From contig CAZGML010000002.1 in NCBI GenBank assembly GCA_964526965.1, positions 1,506 through 65,505 on the forward strand: a stretch of 64,000 nt of DNA, read 5' to 3'. The notes below the pieces were generated by a model. The model was not told where the DNA came from. It saw only the letters and a list, made by a program, of their open reading frames with translations, and searched no databases. A program made the translations under genes and the position numbers. This document shows, in pieces, positions 37,382-46,153 of this stretch (positions within the stretch are counted from its first letter, which is position 1; each line of letters opens with the position of its first letter). This DNA is from an uncultured Sphaerobacteraceae bacterium (GTDB lineage Bacteria > Chloroflexota > Chloroflexia > Thermomicrobiales > UBA6265).

Positions 37382-38067
37382 GCTTCAGATTTCTGCTTTC
37401 GCTGGTCCTTCAGCACTTCGTCCATTTCGAGGCCGGTGAGTTTGCTGAGTGTGGACATTATGTAGAATATAGAGGCGGTCAGCGCGATGAAGACCGGTAC
37501 GGTGATAACCGGGAAGCTGAGCGCCGTCATGCGGCCGAGTTGCTCGGTGTACTGTTGCGTACCGCCATCGGCAGTCACCACGATTCGGGCCAGGATGAAG
37601 TTCAACACGGCACTCAGCACAAACGTGCCGGCCAGCATCCAGGTCGCCACAGATGTGCGGCGATCGTAATCATCCATCTTGTTCTGCTCTTGCAGGATGG
37701 GATAGATGCGGTCCTTATCGATGATGGCATCGAGGAAGACACGTGCCAATGGCTTGCCGATCCAGGATGAGACGAGAATCGCCAACGCCAGGATGCCTGG
37801 AATCATCGCTTCTTTTACTGCGATCCAGCTGGCGGGGAGTTCGAGCAGGCCGACGCCACCGCTGATGCCGATACTGACCAGGCCGAGAATCGGCACCCAG
37901 CCGACCTTGCGGGTTTTGGCCATTTCCCACACACCGTAAAGGAAGGGAAAGGCAAGCGCGATAAGTAGGGCATTGACTGGCCCAAGCCTGTCTTCGCTGG
38001 CGTATCGCATCATGATGACTGTCGGTATCAGGATGTTAATGACGAGGCTAATCATGGGATTCAGCAC
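37378..38067 (-). CDS. VC0807-family membrane protein
   Basis: INILIPTVI, RLGPVNAL, WIAVKEAMIP and LGRMTALSFPVI. Confidence 0.75.
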   Translation of the reverse strand: MLNPMISLVINILIPTVIMMRYASEDRLGPVNALLIALAFPFLYGVWEMAKTRKVGWVPILGLVSIGISGGVGLLELPASWIAVKEAMIPGILALAILVSSWIGKPLARVFLDAIIDKDRIYPILQEQNKMDDYDRRTSVATWMLAGTFVLSAVLNFILARIVVTADGGTQQYTEQLGRMTALSFPVITVPVFIALTASIFYIMSTLSKLTGLEMDEVLKDQRKQKSEA

Positions 38068-38168
38068 CTAAATTGGTGAATACAGCTTGCAGCGATAACG
38101 ATAAAGGTAGAACATTCGGCTGTAGCCCGGATGTACCGGACGTACTTGTGTCACCATACGAGACTCGC

Positions 38169-39581
38169 ATGACAGACGTTTATCAACGATACCACGCAGC
38201 CGCAGCCCGCATGGATGCGCTGATCGACATGACTCCGACGCCTACGGATACATCCATTGAGGCCGTAACTGCCCGTGCGGATATGCGCATGAAGCGCCTG
38301 CGCGATTTCCTGGCGCGCGTGGGGAATCCACACATCGGACGGCCGATGATCCATATCGGCGGAACATCCGGTAAAGGCAGCACCAGCACCATTATTACCG
38401 CCATTTTATCAGCAGCCGGATACCGAACCGGCTTGCACACTTCGCCCTACCTGCAAACGCCGTCGGAGAAGTTGCAGGTCAACGGCCGCATACTTGGCCC
38501 CGAGGGATATTCCGAACTGGTCGATGAGTTCTTTGTAGCGCACGATGCCTGGATGGCGGATGGTCACCCACCCCTCACCTATGGCGAATCGTTCAACGCG
38601 CTCATGTGGATGTTCTTCCGCAAGGAAGACGTCAACATCGCGGTCGTTGAAGTCGGTGCAGGCGGTCGATTCGACCTTACCAACATCCTCGAACCGACCC
38701 TGAGCGTGATCACGTCAGTGGGTATTGACCACACCGCAACACTCGGTTCCACCGTTACCGATATCGCCTGGCACAAGGCCGGCATTATCAAGCCTGGCGT
38801 GCCGGTGGTGAGCGGGGTTCCGAACCCGATAGCACAAGAGATTATTCGCAAAGAGGCCGCGGAGAAGAACGCTCACCTGTTCCCCGTGGATATCGACGAG
38901 ATCGTCGAGGATGTGAAGATCGAGCCGACGCGCACCAGTTGGCGGGAGATTGACACCGGTATCACACATTCGATGCGGATGGCGGGATCATTCCAGGCCC
39001 GCAACGGCCAGCTCGCCATTTCGGCGATGCGCGTGCTGCGCGACTATGGATTCTCCATCAGCGACGAGGCGATCTCCACCGGCCTGATGGAAGCCCGGAT
39101 TCCCGGTCGTGCCGAGTTGATCCAGGACTCCGTGCCAGTGTTGCTGGATGGCGCGCACAATGCCGAGAAAGTTGCAGCCCTGGTCGAAGATGTGCCGGCC
39201 CTTCTGCCGGTTCCCGAAGGCAAGCGCATTGTGGTGGCCGGGTTGCTTGAAGCCAAGCAGGGCGATGCCATGATCGCCTCACTGGTACCGGTGACAGATG
39301 TGTTGATTGCCACGAGTCCACAGGTGTTCGCCAAGGACGCAATGTTCACATCCACTATTAAGGATTACGCCTACTCGGCCGGGTATGAGGGAGACGTCTA
39401 CTCGCAGCCGGATCCGATGCGTGCCATTGAGCATGCGTTGGAGCTGGCCGAGCCGGGGCGGGACGCGATACTCGTGACAGGTTCACTCTACCTGGTGGGC
39501 AATGTGCGCGAGCGGTGGTATCCGAAAAAGCAAATGCTCGCCACACAATCCTGCTGGGTGGAGACGGCTGTCGGCTCCTGA
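38169..39581 (+). CDS. folC: Folylpolyglutamate synthase/dihydrofolate synthase
   Basis: HIGGTSGKGST, HTSPYL, VEVGAGGRFDLTN, LDGAHN and VTGSLYLVG. Confidence 0.88.
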   Translation: MTDVYQRYHAAAARMDALIDMTPTPTDTSIEAVTARADMRMKRLRDFLARVGNPHIGRPMIHIGGTSGKGSTSTIITAILSAAGYRTGLHTSPYLQTPSEKLQVNGRILGPEGYSELVDEFFVAHDAWMADGHPPLTYGESFNALMWMFFRKEDVNIAVVEVGAGGRFDLTNILEPTLSVITSVGIDHTATLGSTVTDIAWHKAGIIKPGVPVVSGVPNPIAQEIIRKEAAEKNAHLFPVDIDEIVEDVKIEPTRTSWREIDTGITHSMRMAGSFQARNGQLAISAMRVLRDYGFSISDEAISTGLMEARIPGRAELIQDSVPVLLDGAHNAEKVAALVEDVPALLPVPEGKRIVVAGLLEAKQGDAMIASLVPVTDVLIATSPQVFAKDAMFTSTIKDYAYSAGYEGDVYSQPDPMRAIEHALELAEPGRDAILVTGSLYLVGNVRERWYPKKQMLATQSCWVETAVGS

Positions 39582-39605
39582 GCCTGACTACAGGAAGACA
39601 CATAG

Positions 39606-39641
39606 AAAAACGCGCCAGGATTCAATCCCGGCGCGTTTTTT
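39606..39641. terminator. Bidirectional intrinsic terminator
   Basis: AAAAACGCGCC...GGCGCGTTTTTT. Confidence 0.8.
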
Positions 39642-39667
39642 GATTGCTGGTCTTGGTTTCGGGAGGA

Positions 39668-39862
39668 TTAATCCTCCGCGAGCTGATGGTGCATGATCAA
39701 GCCGATGATGGTGGCGAGGATTCCGATGATCATTCCCCAAACACCAAAGGTACCTTCCCAGCCGACGTCACCCCGGACAGAGTTGGCAATGCCGTACACC
39801 GTAAAGGCAACTGCGGCGAGGGTTGCACCCGCGGCCGTGAGAATGCGGCTGAACTCAAGCAT
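39668..39862 (-). CDS. Small two-TM membrane protein (64 aa)
   Basis: GAGGAG RBS; two hydrophobic helices. Confidence 0.7.
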   Translation of the reverse strand: MLEFSRILTAAGATLAAVAFTVYGIANSVRGDVGWEGTFGVWGMIIGILATIIGLIMHHQLAED

Positions 39863-40019
39863 GTTTCTCTCCTCGGCCCGCACGCCCGAAACTGGGCGGG
39901 ACCTCAACTGCCTGGCAATGAACTACCAGGACATCCCACTCGTTGTCGTTACCTTACCCTATTCCCTGCCAAATTCGCCAGTGGCGTAAAGCGGAATCCT
40001 GCAGCTTTGCCTTACGGGT

Positions 40020-40059
40020 AAAAAACCGGCAGGAGCATGTTGGCTCCCACCGGTTTTTT
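40020..40059. terminator. Intrinsic terminator downstream of the 40108-41079 gene
   Basis: AAAAAACCGG...GGAGC...GCTCC...CCGGTTTTTT. Confidence 0.75.
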
Positions 40060-40107
40060 GTTGTCGAACAGGTTGTTGATCACCCTCATGGAATGACCAG
40101 CCTGGAT

Positions 40108-41079
40108 TTAGCCGACGTTGAATACGATCACTGCGCCATCTTCAAGCTGGGTTCCGCCGCTTTCGTTGACCGAAGAGGAAAAGCCAACGTAGGTGCCAGC
40201 TTCGGCCTCGAGCTCAACGTAGCCGTAGGCGTCTGGGCTAATAACGCCCATACCGGTATCGACGTGGGCACCGGCGTCTTCGCCAGCCAACCAGGAGGAG
40301 GCCAGGTCGGAAGCAGCAGCCTCATCAACCTCTTCATCGCTGTGCAGCAGAATGAAGTTGGCAGCATTGCTGGCGTCGTTGCGGACACCGATGATGTTGT
40401 AGCCAACGCGCGGGCTGGAGTCGGCGCTAATGGCGCCATCCTCAATGCTCACGGTGAACGTGGAGCCAAAGCCTTCCGGAGCCATGATCGCGGTGGACTC
40501 GCCGACTTCCGGAGTGGCGCCAGCTTCTTCGTCTGCTTCCGGCTCAAGCACCAGGAATGTGGTTACGTTCTGGGTGGAAGCAGCGAGGTCGCTGAACACA
40601 ACCCACTCACCAGCATCGAGGTTCACAAGGGTGCTGCCCGTTTCGCCGGCCGGGGTGTATCCACCACCAGCGAAGGTGGCATCCTGCAGCCACTCGGGGA
40701 TTTCCGAGACCTCGCCGGAGGTGAGCTGGAACAGGAACGAAGTGAAATCGCCGATCTCTGTGCCTTCCGGCAAGCGCACGAGGTTGAACGCAGCAGGAGA
40801 TTCGGTGGTGTTCTCAACGTTGAATACGTACCAGCCCGGCTGGTTCTCGTCGCCGAGGAAGAGCGCGTACGAGTTCTCGTGCGCGGTTACCTCAACCTGG
40901 GTTACATCCTCAAGTTCTGCGAGGGACGAAACTTCTCCAACAGCGGTGTCAACAGTGTCCTCTGCTTCCGGGGTGGCATCCTGCGCGGAAACGAGGCTGG
41001 CAAAGCTGGCTGAAGCGGCTGCACCGACGGTGAGACCACCAAATGTGCGTCGATTGATTCGCGACTTGAAAAGATCCAT
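40108..41079 (-). CDS. Tat-exported acidic protein with two similar beta-rich domains
   Basis: INRRTFG signal and SAQDATPEA. The two halves repeat the patterns (P)GWYVFNVEN / VGYNIIGVRN and LDAGEWVVFS / AEAGTYVGFS. Confidence 0.8.
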   Translation of the reverse strand: MDLFKSRINRRTFGGLTVGAAASASFASLVSAQDATPEAEDTVDTAVGEVSSLAELEDVTQVEVTAHENSYALFLGDENQPGWYVFNVENTTESPAAFNLVRLPEGTEIGDFTSFLFQLTSGEVSEIPEWLQDATFAGGGYTPAGETGSTLVNLDAGEWVVFSDLAASTQNVTTFLVLEPEADEEAGATPEVGESTAIMAPEGFGSTFTVSIEDGAISADSSPRVGYNIIGVRNDASNAANFILLHSDEEVDEAAASDLASSWLAGEDAGAHVDTGMGVISPDAYGYVELEAEAGTYVGFSSSVNESGGTQLEDGAVIVFNVG

Positions 41080-41299
41080 TCAGACTCACTCCTTGAGTTT
41101 TGGGCATGATAAACGCCCGGCGTCGGCCGAGGCTTTGACGCAGTGATCCGAATTCTCCCAAACAAGGATTGAGAAGAAGCCGGACTCCACTGTCTCGGCA
41201 CTAGTCTCATACTATAACCAATTAGATCAACGTTGGGTAAACGATATCGCCGAATCGTAGTACACCCGGGTGGACACAATTAGAAAGTCGGATACCGCT

Positions 41300-41596
41300 A
41301 TGGAAAATCAAGACGAAATCGTACTGGTGGGAACGGCCAGGTCTGAAGTCGAAGCAGGTATGTGGAACCAGGCGCTGAAGGCCGCTGGCATAAAGGCGTT
41401 GATCCGCCCCGGTGGTCCGGGAGCGGGAGCCTGGGCATCGTCGGCCACATTTGATCACTACGTCTTTGTGCGGGCCGATCAGCTTGAGCTTGCGCAAAAG
41501 GTACTTGAAGGGTCTCTGGAGGACGGTCGGCCCTTGCCGCGCTCACGACGCGCAGCCCCGCGTGTGAACCGCACACGCACGAGTAAGAGCGAATGA
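41300..41596 (+). CDS. DUF2007-like putative signal-transducing protein
   Basis: EVEAGMWNQALKAAGIKA...VFVRADQLELAQKVL. Confidence 0.75.
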   Translation: MENQDEIVLVGTARSEVEAGMWNQALKAAGIKALIRPGGPGAGAWASSATFDHYVFVRADQLELAQKVLEGSLEDGRPLPRSRRAAPRVNRTRTSKSE

Positions 41597-41618
41597 GCCG
41601 CCGTAGCAGGAGGAATGC

Positions 41619-42509
41619 GTGACGGATTCTGTTGAATCGGCAGTTCGGCCCAGGAGTCAAAAAGGAGCAATAGGGTTCGTCCGTCAGGTGATCAGGATCA
41701 TCTCGGAAGAGCAGGTCTCAGGATTCGCACAGATGGTGGCTTACAACATCCTGTTCGCTACCGCTCCCCTCCTGATGGTTGTTGTGGCAGGTGCGGCCAC
41801 TATTACGCGTACGGTAAACAGCGATTTGGATAACCCCGCCCAGCCGATTCTGGATTGGGTGCAGGAGCATCTGCCGGCCGATGCGTCGTCGTTCCTGCAG
41901 CAGCCGATCGAACGCGCGATCAATGCCGACACCAGTTGGTTTTTCTCCATTGGTGCTCTCTTTGCCTTGTGGGGTGCCCGGGGTGCCGTGGCCGCCATCA
42001 TCCGTGGCCTCAATGTCGCGTACGGTATCGGCAAGGATCCCCGCCCGTTTTGGGTGCATAGCTTGTGGGCACTTGGGCTAACCGTCTTTCTCATCTTACT
42101 GGTGGGATTAGGTGGCCTGGTATTCACGCTTGGCACGGAAGTCGGCGACCGCATAGCGGTCGAGCTCGGCCTCGGTGAACTGTGGAACACCGTTTCATAC
42201 GTGATTCGCTGGCCGCTTGTGGTCACCATCACTGTCGTCGCGATCATGACCTTGCACCGCTTTGGACCCGCCGTGAAGGACCCGTTCACCTGGTACCTGC
42301 CGGGATCACTGTTCTCGGTCATCGCTGCCTATATCGTGACGTTGGCGCTAGGTGTTTGGCTCAATCAGTCGGGCGGATTCTCCGAGGCCTACGGGATATT
42401 TGGCTCCGTGCTGGCATTCGTGATGTGGCTCTACCTGACGAGCTTTGTGTTGCTTATCGGCGGCGTTATCAATGCAGTCGTGCACGAACGATACCTGTAC
42501 GATACCTAG
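41619..42509 (+). CDS. YihY/BrkB virulence-factor family membrane protein
   Basis: VAYNILFATAP, IRGLNVAYG and AYGIFGSVLAFVMWLYL. Confidence 0.9.
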   Translation: MTDSVESAVRPRSQKGAIGFVRQVIRIISEEQVSGFAQMVAYNILFATAPLLMVVVAGAATITRTVNSDLDNPAQPILDWVQEHLPADASSFLQQPIERAINADTSWFFSIGALFALWGARGAVAAIIRGLNVAYGIGKDPRPFWVHSLWALGLTVFLILLVGLGGLVFTLGTEVGDRIAVELGLGELWNTVSYVIRWPLVVTITVVAIMTLHRFGPAVKDPFTWYLPGSLFSVIAAYIVTLALGVWLNQSGGFSEAYGIFGSVLAFVMWLYLTSFVLLIGGVINAVVHERYLYDT

Positions 42510-42526
42510 CGGCCGTGTCACTTTTT

Positions 42527-42542
42527 CGTTTCATGTGAAACA
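42527..42542. promoter_or_regulatory. parS-like centromere site
   Basis: CGTTTCATGTGAAACA, 14/16 match to TGTTTCACGTGAAACA; intergenic. Confidence 0.7.
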
Positions 42543-42780
42543 ATTTAGCGCGTAGGTACGCCTATACGTGCGGTCGACAAGGAGTGGCAGCAGCGTGGAT
42601 TCCCCTTGCTGGATTCGACCTGCGATACTTATCCCTGCAATTGGTGAGGCGCCGTGCGAAACGTTGGCACTCCCCTGCTCGTTTCATTAACGAGAGGGAA
42701 AGGTGTACCGGTTGGCAGCTATGGCACTCACATGGGAATGGTCACCTTTTTGGCCACTTGGAACTGGCAGGAGATTGCGC

Positions 42781-43335
42781 GTGCTGACGGACGACCGTCA
42801 TCTCGTTGAACGTGCCCGTGCTGGGGATGCCGAGGCGTTTGGTGTGCTCTTCGAGCAATACCAGGCGCAGATTTTGAACTACCTCTATCGGATGGTATCG
42901 GATCGAGCCCTGGCTGAAGACCTCACGCAGGATACGTTCATCAAGGCATACAAGTCATTGCCCAAAACGGCGCCAGACCTGAAGTTCAAGGCGTGGCTGT
43001 ACCGTATCGCTACCAATACCGCAATCTCTCATCTGCGACGCGGAAAGATCATCCGTTGGCTCCCGTTTGTCGGCGAGCACGAAACCAAAGCAGAACGAGT
43101 GGATAATCAGGTCTCTCGATCCATGGATATTTCCGTCGCATTGCAGAAACTTCCCAATCATTACGCGTCCATTCTTCTATTACGTCATTACCAGGGGCTG
43201 TCCCTGGCGGAAACAGCACAAGCATTGGATATCACAGACAACGCCGCAAAATTGAGATTGTTTCGCGCCCGTAAGGCGTTTGCGAAAATTTACGAAGAGG
43301 AAAATCCGGAAGGTGGAAAGGAGGACCGCTCATGA
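42781..43335 (+). CDS. ECF sigma-70 family factor (alternative start 42721)
   Basis: AEDLTQDTFIKAY, FKAWLYRIATN and region 4 GLSLAETAQAL...RLFRAR. AGGAG before the GTG. Confidence 0.93.
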   Translation: MLTDDRHLVERARAGDAEAFGVLFEQYQAQILNYLYRMVSDRALAEDLTQDTFIKAYKSLPKTAPDLKFKAWLYRIATNTAISHLRRGKIIRWLPFVGEHETKAERVDNQVSRSMDISVALQKLPNHYASILLLRHYQGLSLAETAQALDITDNAAKLRLFRARKAFAKIYEEENPEGGKEDRS

Positions 43336-45410
43336 TCACCCATTCTGAAGCCGAAGTCCTCATTTCTTCCCGGCAGGATGCTCCGCTTGATCCCGTGGTG
43401 GAGCGCGAGCTCCAGGCTCACCTGGCAGTTTGCGATCAGTGTCGCGCATTCGCCGTGGCGACCGAACGGCTGACTGCCGGCATCAAGGCGATGCCGAGCA
43501 TACCGGTGAACCCGCGAACCCGTCGTGAGGTAATGGAACGTGTAAATCGCGGTCGCAATCCGTTGGCCGGCATCTTTGCCGGTACGGGTGGTGGTTTCCA
43601 GTCGGGACCGGTTCTCGCAGGCATTGCAGCCGTTGTCATCATCGGTTTGTTCGCCTGGCTGGCGCTTGATCGACTCGTTCTTGAGGACGACGGTGGCGAT
43701 TCCCAACAGCTGGCCGCCGTGCCGACTGAGCAGGCGGTAGATTCGCTGGTCGCCTCCCCTACCCAGGTTCCTACCACCGAGGAGCCGGAACCAACGGAAA
43801 CTGCTGAGCCAACGGAAGAGCCTACAGAGGAACCAACGGAAGAGCCGACCGCTGAACCGGAACCCACAGAGGAACCGGCGCCGACAGAAGAGCCCGCTCC
43901 GACTGAGGAGCCGGAGCCGACCGCTGAACCGGATCCCACAGAGGAGCCGGCGCCGACAGAAGAACCTGCTCCGACTGAGGAGCCGGAACCAACGGTTGCG
44001 CCGGAGCCGACGGCGACGTCCGAACCAGCCGCGCAAGATGCTGAGGAACCAACGGATCTGACGACGTTGTCCGATTCGGAGGAGTCTACTGAGTCTGTGG
44101 AACCGACGGAGACACCTGAGCCAACCGAAGAACCCACAGTGGAGCCGACTGCGGAACCGACAGAAGAACCCACAGCGGAGCCGACTGCGGAACCGACAGA
44201 AGAGCCCACTGCAGAGCCCACAGATGAACCAACGGCCGAGCCGGAGCCGACAGAAACCCCGGGCATCGAGCCAATTGAGGGCATGGAGGTTCAGGACGCT
44301 GAAGAAGACGGCGAGGTCCAAACGCTTGATGTGCCGGAGAACGCCGGGGCCGGGCCGCCGGTGGATGAGGAGGCGCCGATTGAGCCTACCGGGGATGACG
44401 CTGCGACCGGAGAAGCGGCAGCAGGCGATCCGCAAGGTGGCGATTCCATATCCGCCGAAACGCCCGCCGCAGAGATTGAGCCACTGGAAGCTGAAGGCAT
44501 GGGTGGCATTGAGGACGGCTCGGAAATCGAATCTACTCCCGAAAGCGAAGAAGCCCAGGAGATTCCTGAGCTCATGGAAGGCCTCTCGCTTGCCGAGTAC
44601 TCCGTCCCCTACACCAACATCGCGGGCGATCCATCTGGAAAGCTTGGCCTGACCCCCAATGGACGTCTTGAATTCATGGAAGTCGTTGACGGAGCCTCGT
44701 TCACAACCCCCGAGGGTTACCGGCTGGAGTTCGGCGAATCCCAGCCGAGCGTGGTGCATCTCTGCTCCGAGGGTTCGTGTGAACCAGCAGTAGCAGCACC
44801 GGAATCCGAATCGTGGCAGGGCGATGCGCCGCTGGGCGTCATGGGAGACACCGGCTACTTCCTGCGACTCTATAGCGACCGCACCGAGGTGTTCGGCGCA
44901 ACGTCATCGGGTATGTCCTTGAGTGAGCCGCAACTGCTGACTGAGCTCGGCCCATCTTCGCCTCCGTCTGCTGTGTATGAGAACGAGGGCACCATCTATA
45001 CCTGGCTTTCCACGAATCAGTGGTTGGAGATTAGTAACGGTAACGCCCAACTCTTCTCTGGTAACTATTCGGAGCCTTACAACGTGCGCTTTGCTCCAAT
45101 GGCAGGCAACGGACCACTGATCGGCTATTTCAGCAACGGAACGTTGGTGATCGCGCCGACAACCGCGCCGGATTCGCCGATCTTCACCCTTCCCACAGAA
45201 GGGATCGACTTTGATATGACCGGCTGGGGAGACCGCGTGGCCATCATTCAGGGCAACAGCATCGTGATTTACGATCTGGATGGCAACCAGTTGCAGGTCT
45301 ACTCCGGTGGGGATATCCAGCCGGGCAGCCTCATCTGGCTCAACAGTGGCATCGTTTATATCGACCGTGTGTCTGGCGCGCTCTACCAGATTCCGGCCAC
45401 TGCTCCCTGA
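43332..45410 (+). CDS. Zinc-binding anti-sigma factor with TM, Pro/Thr/Glu stalk and beta-rich extracellular domain
   Basis: HLAVCDQC (HxxxCxxC), one TM segment, ATGA overlap with the sigma gene. Confidence 0.9.
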   Translation: MITHSEAEVLISSRQDAPLDPVVERELQAHLAVCDQCRAFAVATERLTAGIKAMPSIPVNPRTRREVMERVNRGRNPLAGIFAGTGGGFQSGPVLAGIAAVVIIGLFAWLALDRLVLEDDGGDSQQLAAVPTEQAVDSLVASPTQVPTTEEPEPTETAEPTEEPTEEPTEEPTAEPEPTEEPAPTEEPAPTEEPEPTAEPDPTEEPAPTEEPAPTEEPEPTVAPEPTATSEPAAQDAEEPTDLTTLSDSEESTESVEPTETPEPTEEPTVEPTAEPTEEPTAEPTAEPTEEPTAEPTDEPTAEPEPTETPGIEPIEGMEVQDAEEDGEVQTLDVPENAGAGPPVDEEAPIEPTGDDAATGEAAAGDPQGGDSISAETPAAEIEPLEAEGMGGIEDGSEIESTPESEEAQEIPELMEGLSLAEYSVPYTNIAGDPSGKLGLTPNGRLEFMEVVDGASFTTPEGYRLEFGESQPSVVHLCSEGSCEPAVAAPESESWQGDAPLGVMGDTGYFLRLYSDRTEVFGATSSGMSLSEPQLLTELGPSSPPSAVYENEGTIYTWLSTNQWLEISNGNAQLFSGNYSEPYNVRFAPMAGNGPLIGYFSNGTLVIAPTTAPDSPIFTLPTEGIDFDMTGWGDRVAIIQGNSIVIYDLDGNQLQVYSGGDIQPGSLIWLNSGIVYIDRVSGALYQIPATAP
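43770..44262 (+). repeat. Coding tandem repeats (PTEE/PTAE/EP)
   Basis: Two copies of a 72-bp unit at 43845-43988 and about three copies of a 36-bp unit at about 44128-44235; all in frame. Confidence 0.85.
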
Positions 45411-45428
45411 TCATGAGGTGATGCGATT

Positions 45429-45458
45429 AAGGGGAGTCCACCCGGGTGGACTCCCCTT
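45429..45458. terminator. Perfect 30-bp palindrome, probable terminator
   Basis: AAGGGGAGTCCACCC|GGGTGGACTCCCCTT, 18 bp after the anti-sigma stop. Confidence 0.7.
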
Positions 45459-45556
45459 CTCCGTGCCTCTGCTTTGGTACACTCTGCCATATGTGTACTT
45501 GCGCTCCTGGCGCTTTCTTACCTGTGAGTTCGATAACTGTGTCATCTATGCATCGT

Positions 45557-46153
45557 ATGGATACATCCCAGCCCGTTCAGGAAGATGGTGTGCGTTTCGG
45601 GCGCACCCTGCTCCGCGTGCAATTTCGCAACTGGACTTCCGGCGGATACGACGCAATAGTTTTGCCGAATAACCGGCGCGGCCTCATGGGAGTGAACTTC
45701 AGTGGTGGGCGACGTATCGATGGCGGACTCGACGTTGAGCGTGAGGCTATGACCCACGCTCCCATGACGCTTGGAACAGCCATCGTGACAGGCTCAGGCA
45801 CGCTTGAGCAATATGGGATTAATAACGTCGTGCACGCTATCGTGGGAGACCACCTCGGCGACGCCCCGCGCGAGTTGCCGCTCCGGCAGGCGACCGTCGC
45901 TGCGATGCGCATGCTGGACCAGAACAAGGTTCGCCACGCGGCCATCGTGCCGCTCGGTTCCGGCAGCATGATCGAGCGGGTCGATCGGGGCCGGTCCGTA
46001 CCCATCATGATCGAGGAAATGATCGGTCACCTGCGGCGGTCATCATCCCGGGTGGAAACGATCACCTTCCTGTGCAATTCCGAATCCGAAATGGCCGAAG
46101 TCGGGGGCCTGTTGGAACGCATGCGCCGGGATTGGTGGGGCCTCCGTGTCTGA
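45557..46153 (+). CDS. Divergent macro domain protein
   Basis: YDAIVLPNN, VEREAM..APMTLGTAIVTGSG.L, VVHAIV and AIVPLGSG. Confidence 0.75.
   Translation: MDTSQPVQEDGVRFGRTLLRVQFRNWTSGGYDAIVLPNNRRGLMGVNFSGGRRIDGGLDVEREAMTHAPMTLGTAIVTGSGTLEQYGINNVVHAIVGDHLGDAPRELPLRQATVAAMRMLDQNKVRHAAIVPLGSGSMIERVDRGRSVPIMIEEMIGHLRRSSSRVETITFLCNSESEMAEVGGLLERMRRDWWGLRV

Noticed and set aside
42665-42679. TTGGCACTCCCCTGC as a sigma54 promoter for the ECF gene
   Set aside because: GG-to-GC spacing is 9 nt rather than the required 10.
43290-44759. Repetitive minus-strand ORFs (GSSV/GSAV repeats) and a possible CRISPR-like array
   Set aside because: The repeats are in-frame Pro/Thr/Glu codons of the anti-sigma stalk; there are no unique spacers and no cas genes.
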